DNA of 20,152 nt from an uncultured Lachnospiraceae bacterium (GCA_948494895.1 CAOOBR010000029.1:1-20152); one strand, 5' to 3'; numbered from the stretch's first letter, positions 8,667 to 16,585 are shown. Notes: generated by a model from the letters alone, not told the origin. A program made the numbers and translations.

Positions 8667-10724
8667 TTATTCAAAGCCAATCACATAACCCGCTTCATTT
8701 TCAAACAATACCGGATACTCCTCTAATGCTTCTTTATGCTTTTTTATAAAATCACTCTTTTTTAAAATAACCGCGTACAAAATCCCTTTTTCTTTTATCC
8801 GCTTAAAGATCTCCTCTTTCGGATACCGCCACCCGTAAAACTCTCCCAAATCATAGCCGGCCACGCCTTCATAAAAACAACAGTCCGCATAATCTTCTTT
8901 TTCCGTCAAAAGCGGCGTTTCCAGTCCGTCTGTCCGGCAATTTGCCATCACCCATTCATACAACGCAAGCTGCCCTTTTGACGGATCTGACCGCCCCCCA
9001 AGATCGGTAAATCCGGTTCCACGCATAAAGCTCAAACGCCTCACTGTAATGCCTGTCTACGCCGTTCCTTTCGTCCATGGAAGAAACAAACCTCCCATCA
9101 ATGCCGCTAAAAACCAAAATGCCGCAGAGCAAACAGCATCCTAAATTTGCCGCCGCTAATTCCCTGTTCTTTTTATATAAAATAGAAATCCCGCAAAAGA
9201 AAAAATACCAGCTAAATGCCCAAAGAGGATAATAATTCTTATAAAAATAATATTCTGAAATCCTGCCATACAGCGCGCCAAGCAGCATACACGCCGCAAA
9301 AACCAAAAATCCGGTAAAACACACTGCCTGAGGCTGTTTTTTCCTGATCCCCCGTATCCACCCATACCCCGCCATTGGCATTAAAAGAATAAAATTTCCA
9401 AATAAATTTGAATAAATCCCGCCTTCATTTTGAATGCTTCCTAAAATACTTGTTCCCTGACCGAAGAAAAAATCAAAATAGCAGAAATAAATCCCCAATG
9501 CGCACGGCAGTAAAAACACAAAATGCGTCTCTTTACATTTGGCAGAGAAACGCCTTTTTTTCTCCCCGCCCCACATCAATTCCAGCCAGACGCAGACAAA
9601 CGCCACAGGCGCAAACAACATATAGCAGACGCAAAGGGAAAAGCAGGCAAGCATAAGCTGGGCTAAAACAATTGAACGGCGCTCCATACGCTCCCTCTCC
9701 CTTTGCAGAAGTAGCAAAATATATATTAATAACAATACGCCCAATCCCCAGTAAGTGAATGAAAAATAAAAACTATGGATCGGATACGCCAGATAATAGA
9801 AAGGCACAGTAAGACAAACAAGCGCCGTCAAAAATTTACCTGCCGCAAGCTTCTTTATCCAAACAAAAAAAATCAAAATCTCCAGCCATTGAAACGCAAT
9901 ATCTGCGGCAATATATCCTTTGTACCATGTTACTTCACGCAAAAAGGCTGTAAAATTTCAAACACCATTGCAAACTGAAAATGCGAAAAAAACATTCCTT
10001 CCACCTGATTTGTCCGCAAGACCATAGTCGCTTCCCGCAAATGAAGCCCCGCATCAGAATTGGTATAGCGGTATTCTGTAAGAAACAGCCCCTGACAGCG
10101 CAACAAACAGCAAACTGAATATTCTGGCTGAATATGCAGTCCATACGCCATTCCAATGCAAAAGCCTTGCAATAGTAATCCCACACGCAGGCGCCAAATA
10201 AACGGGAAAAGGAACTGTTTGCTCTGCTTTTTTCCTTGTATACGAAACTGTCTGGGAATCCACTTTTTCAGTTGAAAACATTTTTCGGTAATAACCCGCA
10301 AATTCTTTTTCTCCATAAGTGTATGTCTGACCCTTCCTGTCCTCCTCCCGCATGACAGTGTATCCCTTGGCATCCGTCTCTTGCTTTTTCATCATTCGAT
10401 TCGACAAACGGTATGCGCTTGCAAAATGCGTATCTTCATCTGGAGCGGAAAAGGCAGGCAATACTAATTGGTACATTATGCCAATGATCAGCAGCATCCA
10501 AAAAAGCGGACTTCCATCTTACTTTTTTTCTTTTTATCTCTATACAGTTCTACGAAACCCAAAAGAGTCATGGACAAAAACGCCAATGCCAAATAGACAT
10601 TTTTTATAAGAAAGAAGTCTTGTTCTGGAATAAATTGCTTTATGCCAATATTCCAGAAAAACAGATAGAGCAATGCCAGACCCGCTTCAAAACCCAAACA
10701 TGCGAAAACTTTTTTCTTCTCCAT
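8667..10724 (-). pseudogene. Disrupted gene for a large polytopic membrane protein (GT-C-fold-like glycosyltransferase-type topology; PDExxH-like loop motif SAPDEDTHF) with a C-terminal soluble domain
   Basis: Fragments on the same strand: 10488..10826 (frame a; likely true start MEKKK at 10722-10724 with RBS GAGGTGGGA); 10054..10497 (frame b); 8956..9942 (frame b, about 9 TM helices); 8667..9044 (frame c, soluble). The frame a to b switch coincides with an A6 homopolymer at about 10500-10505. Adding one A fuses the frames and creates a 21-residue TM helix, VRFFWMLLIIGIMYQLVLPAF. Frame b stays open across 9943-10053 apart from two TGA codons (10054-10056 and 9958-9960). The frame b to c switch lies within 8956-9044. 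Elsewhere in the window TGA is a normal stop (htrA, addB). Confidence 0.5.
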
Positions 10725-10931
10725 TCCCACCTCTTTGCAGTTATTTTTCAATCCATATCCCCCAAAATTAAACACAAAAATAGAATACCCCCACGCTATC
10801 TGAGCAAGCATTCTATCTCTCAACAAAATCTACATACTTTTATATAAATTTACTCTTTCCTAACTGCCAAAAACCTTTCCTAATCTTTACAGATAAGTCC
10901 TTTGCAAAATTTATACTATAGAATATACATA

Positions 10932-10960
10932 ATAATACCACAGAATATTATTTCTGTCAA
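10932..10960 (-). promoter_or_regulatory. Strong sigma-A type promoter driving the disrupted membrane-protein gene
   Basis: On the minus strand: perfect -35 TTGACA (10960-10955), 17-nt spacer, -10 TATTAT (10937-10932). It lies immediately downstream of the ackA-operon terminator and about 200 nt upstream of the MEKKK start codon. Confidence 0.55.
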
Positions 10961-10968
10961 TTAGGCAT

Positions 10969-11030
10969 AAAAAAACACGAAAATTGTGGCTTTACATCAC
11001 ATAAAGTCATGCAAAGCACAATTTTCGTGT
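10969..11030 (-). terminator. Rho-independent terminator of the ackA-AIM24 transcription unit
   Basis: Long inverted repeat acacgaaaattgtg (10975-10988) / cacaattttcgtgt (11017-11030), extended by an imperfect inner stem gcttt(a)cat / atg(c)aaagc. On the minus strand it is followed by a 7-U run (10975-10969). It sits 45 nt past the stop of the 224-aa gene. Confidence 0.7.
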
Positions 11031-11075
11031 ATATTATTAATATTACAATACTCAGATCATTCCGGCAAAAACTCT

Positions 11076-11750
11076 CTATTTTGCCGGAAGGTACGGAATC
11101 AGCGTTCCTGCCATCTGTCCAATCGGCATAGACTGAAGCAACACGCGTCCCGGTCCCGTCACAACTGTATTAAATACGCCTTCCCCGCCGAACAGCATAT
11201 TCTTCACGCCCGGCACTTTCTGGATTTCAATAGAGCAGGTCGCATCCATTGCCGCCAAATATCCGGTGTCAATGACAATCGACTGTCCTGGAGCAAGGTT
11301 ATACTCTTTGATATAACCGTCAAATTCCACAAACGCCACGCCGCTTCCCGACAGTTTCTGCATAATAAACCCTTCTCCGCCGAACAGCCCACTTCCAACT
11401 TTTTTCTGGAAATGCACAGAAAACTCCACTTTATCCGTAGAAGCCAAAAACGCTGTTTTCTGGCAGATCATATCACGTCCCGGTGAAATGTCAAATGCGC
11501 GGATTGCGCCCGGAAAACTAGAAGCGAACGCAATCTCTCCCGGTCCTCCCATCGCGGTATAGTGGTTGACAAACATACTCTCTCCACTGAACATTCTGCC
11601 AAACATCTTGCCAACGCCGCCGCCCACAGTCTCCATTTTCATATTCGGGGACATCCATGACATTGCCCCTTTTTCCGTAATCATTTTTTCATTTTGCTCT
11701 AACTGGCAGATAACAACTGGCAGCGGTTCTCCTTCGATTGAATATTTCAT
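11076..11750 (-). CDS. AIM24 / TIGR00266 (DUF124) family protein of unknown function
   Basis: 224 aa. N-terminus MKYSIEGEPLPVVICQLEQNEKMITEKGAMSWM, the Gly-rich repeats and overall length match the bacterial AIM24/TIGR00266 family as I recall it. RBS GGAGGA before the ATG at 11750. Starts 13 nt after the ackA stop. Confidence 0.7.
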   Translation of the reverse strand: MKYSIEGEPLPVVICQLEQNEKMITEKGAMSWMSPNMKMETVGGGVGKMFGRMFSGESMFVNHYTAMGGPGEIAFASSFPGAIRAFDISPGRDMICQKTAFLASTDKVEFSVHFQKKVGSGLFGGEGFIMQKLSGSGVAFVEFDGYIKEYNLAPGQSIVIDTGYLAAMDATCSIEIQKVPGVKNMLFGGEGVFNTVVTGPGRVLLQSMPIGQMAGTLIPYLPAK

Positions 11751-11763
11751 AACTAATCCTCCT

Positions 11764-12954
11764 CTATTTCAACAATGCAACCGTTTCCCGGCAAATTGCA
11801 AGTTCTTCATTGGTCGGCGCTAACAACACCGTCACTTTCGAATCAGGGGTCGAAAGAACAGTTTCCTCGCCGCGTTTCTTGTTCGCTTCTGAATCCAACG
11901 CAAGACCCAGATAGCCCAGATAGCTGCAAATCATTTCACGGACTTTCCCGTCATTTTCTCCGACTCCCGCCGTAAAACAAATCACGTCCACGCCATTCAT
12001 CGCCGCTGCGTAAGAACCGATATATTTTGCCGCCCGGTAACAGAACATCTCCCTAGCCGTTTTCGCGCGCGCATTCCCTTCGCTTACCGCTTGATCCAAA
12101 TCCCTAAAGTCGCTCGACAGTCCCGAAATGCCGTAAACTCCCGACTCTTTATTCAACACGTTTAACATTTCTTCTAAGCTCAAGTTTTCCTTTTTCGCCA
12201 AAAATTCTATGGCGGAAGGATCAATGTCTCCGGAACGCGTCCCCATAATCAGCCCCTCTAACGGGGAAAGCCCCATGGAAGTGTCAACAGACTTGCCATT
12301 TTTCACTGCGCAGATGCTTGAGCCGTTTCCCAGATGGCAGACAATCGTTTTTAAACTGTCATAGGGTTTTCCCAAAAACTCCGCCGCCCGTTTCGACACA
12401 TAACTGTGGCTCGTGCCGTGAAAGCCGTATTTCCGCGCCTTATATTTTTCATAATATTCATATGGAATGCCATACAGATACGCTTCTTTCGGCATTGTCT
12501 GATGAAATGCCGTGTCAAACACGCCCGCCATCGGCACATCTTTCAATACCTCCTGACAGGCTCTCACGCCGATTAAATTCGCCGGATTATGCAAAGGCGC
12601 TAAATCCGAACATTCTTCCACTGCTGTAATGACTTCCTCATTAATTAAAACAGAAGCCGCAAACTTTTCACCGCCATGCACAAGACGATGCCCTACAGCT
12701 TCAATTTCATCTAAACTCTGAAAAATTCCTGTGTCCGGATTCACTAAGGCATCCAAAACCATACGGACCGCCTCCGTATGCGTCGGCATCGGCGCCTCCG
12801 TAATCTCCTTTTCGCCGTCTTTCGGCTGATAAACCAATCTGCCGTCAATCCCTATCCGCTCACAAAGCCCCTTTGCAAGAACTTCTTCACTTTCTGAATT
12901 GATCACCTGATATTTCAGCGACGAACTGCCGCAGTTAATTACTAATACGTTCAT
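11764..12954 (-). CDS. ackA: Acetate kinase
   Basis: 396 aa. N-terminal MNVLVINCGSSSLKYQV (acetate/propionate kinase signature 1) and conserved internal acetokinase-family motifs. RBS GGAGGG upstream. Stop is TAG. Confidence 0.93.
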   Translation of the reverse strand: MNVLVINCGSSSLKYQVINSESEEVLAKGLCERIGIDGRLVYQPKDGEKEITEAPMPTHTEAVRMVLDALVNPDTGIFQSLDEIEAVGHRLVHGGEKFAASVLINEEVITAVEECSDLAPLHNPANLIGVRACQEVLKDVPMAGVFDTAFHQTMPKEAYLYGIPYEYYEKYKARKYGFHGTSHSYVSKRAAEFLGKPYDSLKTIVCHLGNGSSICAVKNGKSVDTSMGLSPLEGLIMGTRSGDIDPSAIEFLAKKENLSLEEMLNVLNKESGVYGISGLSSDFRDLDQAVSEGNARAKTAREMFCYRAAKYIGSYAAAMNGVDVICFTAGVGENDGKVREMICSYLGYLGLALDSEANKKRGEETVLSTPDSKVTVLLAPTNEELAICRETVALLK

Positions 12955-13117
12955 ATTAGCGGAATCCCTCCTTCATACAATTTCTTTATAAAAAGTATAA
13001 TCCTTTTTGAAATGGGAAACAATGTCAAATAACTTTTTTCATGTATTAAATTTGAAACATCTGGCACTCCATGTTAGAGTAGAGGAAGCATGCTAGAACA
13101 AACGGGGAGGAAACCAA

Positions 13118-14368
13118 ATGAAAGCCGTCGGAATTATCGCAGAATACAATCCATTCCACAATGGACACGCCTATCAGCTCACACAGGCAAAAAAACTGGC
13201 AAAAGCCGATTATGCCATTGTTGCTTTAAGCGGAAATTTTACGCAAAGGGGCGCGCCCGCCATTCTGGATAAATTCAGCCGGACCGCTATGGCGCTGCAT
13301 AACGGCGCGGATTTCGTCTTTGAACTCCCTACGCTTTGGGCGGTTTCGTCCGCTGAATACTTTGCCGCGGCAGGCGTCACCCTTTTTCATCTGCTCGGCT
13401 GCATCGATACGCTCTGTTTCGGCTGTGAAACGCCGGATTTCCCGCTGATCGGCCTGACTGCAAGACTGCTCGCCGAAGAACCGGACGCATATCAAGATTC
13501 CGTTTCCCGCTTTTTAAAACAGGGGGTTTCCTTCCCTGCCGCAAGAGAGCAGTCCCTGCTTTCCATTCTCAAACAACAGTCCCCAAACACAAAAGAGAGC
13601 GATTTACGGGCGCTCTTACAGTCCCCAAATAATATTCTCGCCCTAGAATATCAAAAAGCCCTTATCCGGCTCCATTCCCCGATTTGCCCGCTTCCCATTT
13701 TACGGGACGGCTCCGGCTACCACGATACAAAATTAAACAAAACGCATTGTTCCGCTTCCGCCCTCCGCCGCCATCTTCTACAGCCGCGCCGCCCCCTAGC
13801 AGAAATTGCCGCCTATGCCCCGCCTGAAACAATACGCCAATTAAATGCGGCGGAAGGATATTTTTTATCCGAACAGGATTTTTCCCAAATCCTATTTTAC
13901 AAATTACTCTCAGAACGGGCGGAAGGATTTTCCGGTTATGCCGACAACTCAGAAGATCTTTCCAACAAAATTATAAAACGCATCCGCAATTTTACGGATT
14001 TTACAGCTTTTTGCAAAGAGCTCAAAAGCAAAGACGTCACCTATACGCGTATAAGCCGAGCTCTGACGCATATCCTGTTAAACCATCGGAAAAAAGACTA
14101 TGAATCCGCCAGAAACTGCGGAACCGTCCCTTATCTGCGTTTGTTAGGCTACCGGAAAGACGCCGCGGATTTTTTCCCTGAAATCAAAAAAAATGCCGCC
14201 GTCCCAATCGTTGCAAGGCCTGCAAAAGACGCCGCGGCGCTTTCAAAAGACGCCGCGGCATTGTTTCAGCATGATGTATTTGCATCTGATTTATACTATG
14301 GCGTTTTTGCCCAAAAAAGCAACACTCCGCCCAAAAATGAATTACAGCAAAAACTGCTTATCGTTTAA
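13118..14368 (+). CDS. tmcAL: tRNA(Met) cytidine acetate ligase (TmcAL / YlbM, DUF795 nucleotidyltransferase)
   Basis: 416 aa. N-terminus MKAVGIIAEYNPFHNGHAYQ carries the HxGH nucleotidyltransferase motif and closely resembles B. subtilis YlbM/TmcAL. RBS GGGGAGGAAA precedes the ATG. Stop is TAA at 14366-14368. Confidence 0.85.
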   Translation: MKAVGIIAEYNPFHNGHAYQLTQAKKLAKADYAIVALSGNFTQRGAPAILDKFSRTAMALHNGADFVFELPTLWAVSSAEYFAAAGVTLFHLLGCIDTLCFGCETPDFPLIGLTARLLAEEPDAYQDSVSRFLKQGVSFPAAREQSLLSILKQQSPNTKESDLRALLQSPNNILALEYQKALIRLHSPICPLPILRDGSGYHDTKLNKTHCSASALRRHLLQPRRPLAEIAAYAPPETIRQLNAAEGYFLSEQDFSQILFYKLLSERAEGFSGYADNSEDLSNKIIKRIRNFTDFTAFCKELKSKDVTYTRISRALTHILLNHRKKDYESARNCGTVPYLRLLGYRKDAADFFPEIKKNAAVPIVARPAKDAAALSKDAAALFQHDVFASDLYYGVFAQKSNTPPKNELQQKLLIV

Positions 14369-15543
14369 TGATGGAACAAACGAAGTCCGGTAAAACTCAT
14401 CACCATTTTGTATTTATTGCAAGTGGCGATCACATGGTCGTCCCGTACAGAACCGCCCGGCTGCGCCACATACTTCACGCCGCTCTTATGCGCGCGTTCA
14501 ATATTGTCGCCAAACGGGAAAAACGCATCCGATCCAAGCGTGACCCCTGTCATCTGATCCAGCCATGCCCGCTTTTCCTCTTTTGTGAAAACGTCCGGCT
14601 TTACTTTAAAAATGGTTTCCCAAACGCCGTCCGCTAACACATCTATGTATTCCTCCCCGATATAAAGATCAATCGCGTTGTCCCGATCTGCGCGGCGAAT
14701 CCCCTCTACAAACTGTAGGTTCAACACCTTCGGCGACTGACGTAAAAACCAGTTGTCTGCTTTCTGCCCTGCCAGCCTTGTGCAATGGATACGGCTCTGC
14801 TGGCCCGCCCCGATGCCGATTGCCTGTCCGTCTTTGACGTAGCAGACGGAATTAGACTGTGTATATTTTAGCGTAATCATGGAAATTGCCAAATCAATTT
14901 TTGCCTGCTCTGTCAGTTCTTTTTCTTCCGTCACAATATTTTGGAAAAATGCATCATCGATCTTTAGTTCATTTCTTCCCTGTTCAAACGTAACGCCAAA
15001 TACCTGTTTCTTCTCAATCGGATCAGGTTGATAAGAAGGATCTGCTTCAATGACATTGTAAGCGCCACTTTTCTTCGCTTTTAAAATTTCAAGCGCTTCC
15101 GGATCATACCCCGGCGCAATTACGCCGTCTGAAACTTCCCGCTTTATAATGAGCGCCGTCTCCTTGTCACAAGTATCCGAAAGCGAAATAAAATCACCAA
15201 AAGAGGACATGCGGTCCGCCCCTCTCGCCCTTGCATAAGCGTTGGCAAGCGGCGTAAATTCCATATCCATGTCTTCCACCCAGTAAATCTTTTTCTCTAC
15301 TTCCGATAATGGAAGCCCGACAGCCGCGCCGGCCGGAGAAACATGCTTAAACGAAGCCGCCGCCGCAAGTCCCGTGGCCTCTTTTAATTCTTTCACCAAC
15401 TGCCAGCCGTTTAATGCATCCAAAAAATTAATATATCCCGGCTTGCCGCTCAATACCTTAATTGGCAATTCCCCATTTTCCACATAAATCCGCGATGGTT
15501 TCTGATTCGGATTGCATCCATATTTTAACTCTAATTCCTTCAT
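14365..15543 (-). CDS. purH: Phosphoribosylaminoimidazolecarboxamide (AICAR) formyltransferase, stand-alone AICARFT domain (PurH C-terminal-domain homolog lacking the IMP cyclohydrolase/MGS domain)
   Basis: 392 aa. Starts directly with the AICARFT domain: LKYGCNPNQK (compare LRYGENPHQ in PurH), ASFKHVSPAGAAVG, GGSVRDD, and a C-terminus TGLRLFHH typical of PurH ends. No N-terminal MGS-like IMPCH domain. RBS GGAGAG. Confidence 0.8.
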   Translation of the reverse strand: MKELELKYGCNPNQKPSRIYVENGELPIKVLSGKPGYINFLDALNGWQLVKELKEATGLAAAASFKHVSPAGAAVGLPLSEVEKKIYWVEDMDMEFTPLANAYARARGADRMSSFGDFISLSDTCDKETALIIKREVSDGVIAPGYDPEALEILKAKKSGAYNVIEADPSYQPDPIEKKQVFGVTFEQGRNELKIDDAFFQNIVTEEKELTEQAKIDLAISMITLKYTQSNSVCYVKDGQAIGIGAGQQSRIHCTRLAGQKADNWFLRQSPKVLNLQFVEGIRRADRDNAIDLYIGEEYIDVLADGVWETIFKVKPDVFTKEEKRAWLDQMTGVTLGSDAFFPFGDNIERAHKSGVKYVAQPGGSVRDDHVIATCNKYKMVMSFTGLRLFHH

Positions 15544-15561
15544 CGTTTTACACTCTCCTGC

Positions 15562-16275
15562 TTAACTGTTCTTGTTGATAATTCTGGATTCATAAGCCCC
15601 TGACGCTAAGTCAATATAACGCGCAAATAAAGAGACTTTATTCTGGGCATTCAAATTCTCCCAAATTTTGCCTGCAAACGTGTCGATGTCTCCTTCTATC
15701 GCCACCCGCTTCGGCTCTCCCTCAAAAGATGGCAGAGGGTTGCCGTCCTGTTGGTAGGTATGGATAAAATGCCCTTCCCCATTCAGCGGATTCTCATACG
15801 CAAACGTATAACGGCAGCAAGAAGCCGGATTGCCGTCACTGCTTTTTAAAATAGACATCGCATAGTTATATCCGCCGTTCTCAATATGCAAAATACCGGA
15901 AATCCTTGGCGTGAAATTTGGCGCATCCGGTTCAAATTCACGGCTTCTAAGCGCCTGTTCAAATGTCTGCTGCCTGTCCATCCCTTCGTAAATCGTATCC
16001 GTCTGGTCTCCGTTCGTGACAATCGTCTTGTTTCCAAGCACACGGACCGGAGCATAAATAATCAGGCTTGGATCGCTTAATTTCGCCGGATCAAAAGCCT
16101 GTGTGCGTATGCCCTCCCCATCTTCTACAAAGATACGGTTCCGGCTGTTTTCACTTCTCCCCATAATAAAATATGCCATTACGGCAAACAAGCCGTCTTT
16201 GCTCTTTCCAATTATAATTCCCCTGCCCGGATAAGGATTGTTTGAAAGCTGTCCTTCTAATGATTGTAATTCCAT
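15562..16275 (-). CDS. purO: IMP cyclohydrolase, archaeal PurO type (PF07826-like)
   Basis: 237 aa. YPGRGIIIGKSKDGLFAVMAYFIMGRSENSRNR, IIYAPVRVLGNKTIVTNGDQTDTI and FTPRISGIL align with conserved blocks of archaeal PurO as I recall them (YLGR..VG...G.F.AYRVSSRSFPNR; VSNGSHTDTI; NTPRIA). RBS AGGAGG. Sits 18 nt upstream of the AICARFT gene. Confidence 0.7.
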   Translation of the reverse strand: MELQSLEGQLSNNPYPGRGIIIGKSKDGLFAVMAYFIMGRSENSRNRIFVEDGEGIRTQAFDPAKLSDPSLIIYAPVRVLGNKTIVTNGDQTDTIYEGMDRQQTFEQALRSREFEPDAPNFTPRISGILHIENGGYNYAMSILKSSDGNPASCCRYTFAYENPLNGEGHFIHTYQQDGNPLPSFEGEPKRVAIEGDIDTFAGKIWENLNAQNKVSLFARYIDLASGAYESRIINKNS

Positions 16276-16287
16276 AAGTTCCTCCTG

Positions 16288-16557
16288 TCAATCTTCTGTT
16301 TTCTTTTCCTCAACGGCTTTTGCATCTTCTCTCGCCTGTATATCCTGTTTCCTGACTTTATTCATCATATAAAAGCCAAACGCAATCATGCCTATCCCAA
16401 TCACCAAAAACCCAATGATTGCGGCTATGACTGCCAGATATTCCCCTCCAGAGCTTTCCTCCTTATTCCGGAACATCTGGTAGGCAAGATATAAAAGATA
16501 AATGCCGCCCATTTCATAAATTGCGCTGCGCAAATTTGTCTTTACCCTTTCATTCAT
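16288..16557 (-). CDS. Small hypothetical membrane protein (2 predicted TM helices, acidic C-terminal tail)
   Basis: The ORF track gives 16288..16590 (100 aa), but the ATG at 16555-16557 (MNERVKTNLR...) has a proper RBS, GAGG plus 7 nt. The 16590 ATG lies inside a hairpin with no RBS. Two hydrophobic helices, GGIYLLYLAYQMF and YLAVIAAIIGFLVIGIGMIAFGFYMM. Ends 12 nt before purO. Confidence 0.5.
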   Translation of the reverse strand: MNERVKTNLRSAIYEMGGIYLLYLAYQMFRNKEESSGGEYLAVIAAIIGFLVIGIGMIAFGFYMMNKVRKQDIQAREDAKAVEEKKTED

Positions 16558-16585
16558 AAAAAACCTCATTTCTAAGAATGGAATT

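Noticed and set aside
9408-9978. Plus-strand ORFs 9408..9656 and 9775..9978 (Arg/Lys-rich 82 and 67 aa)
   Set aside because: They are antisense to a hydrophobic, Phe/Leu/Ile-rich coding region, which forces AAA/AGA-rich antisense codons. There is no RBS and no terminator, and they are embedded in a minus-strand gene. This is the typical shadow-ORF artefact.
9930-10373. Minus-strand ORFs 9930..10373 (147 aa) and 9935..10186 (83 aa) overlapping the membrane-protein fragments
   Set aside because: They are alternative frames of the same strand. They have Arg/Lys/Cys/Trp-rich low-complexity composition, no RBS, and no coherent domain or TM pattern. They are by-products of the real frame.
12955-13117. 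CcpA cre site in the ackA/tmcAL divergent promoter region
   Set aside because: The best candidates (TGAAATGGGAAACA, TGAAACATCTGGCA) miss the central CG and other consensus positions of TGWAANCGNTNWCA. A putative ackA promoter (-35 TTGTTT, -10 TATACT) is also too weak to report as a feature.
13090-13272. ORF 13090..13272 (+) overlapping the start of tmcAL
   Set aside because: It is out of frame with tmcAL, whose N-terminus (HxGH motif) is conserved and preceded by a good RBS. The alternative reads as low-complexity basic sequence.
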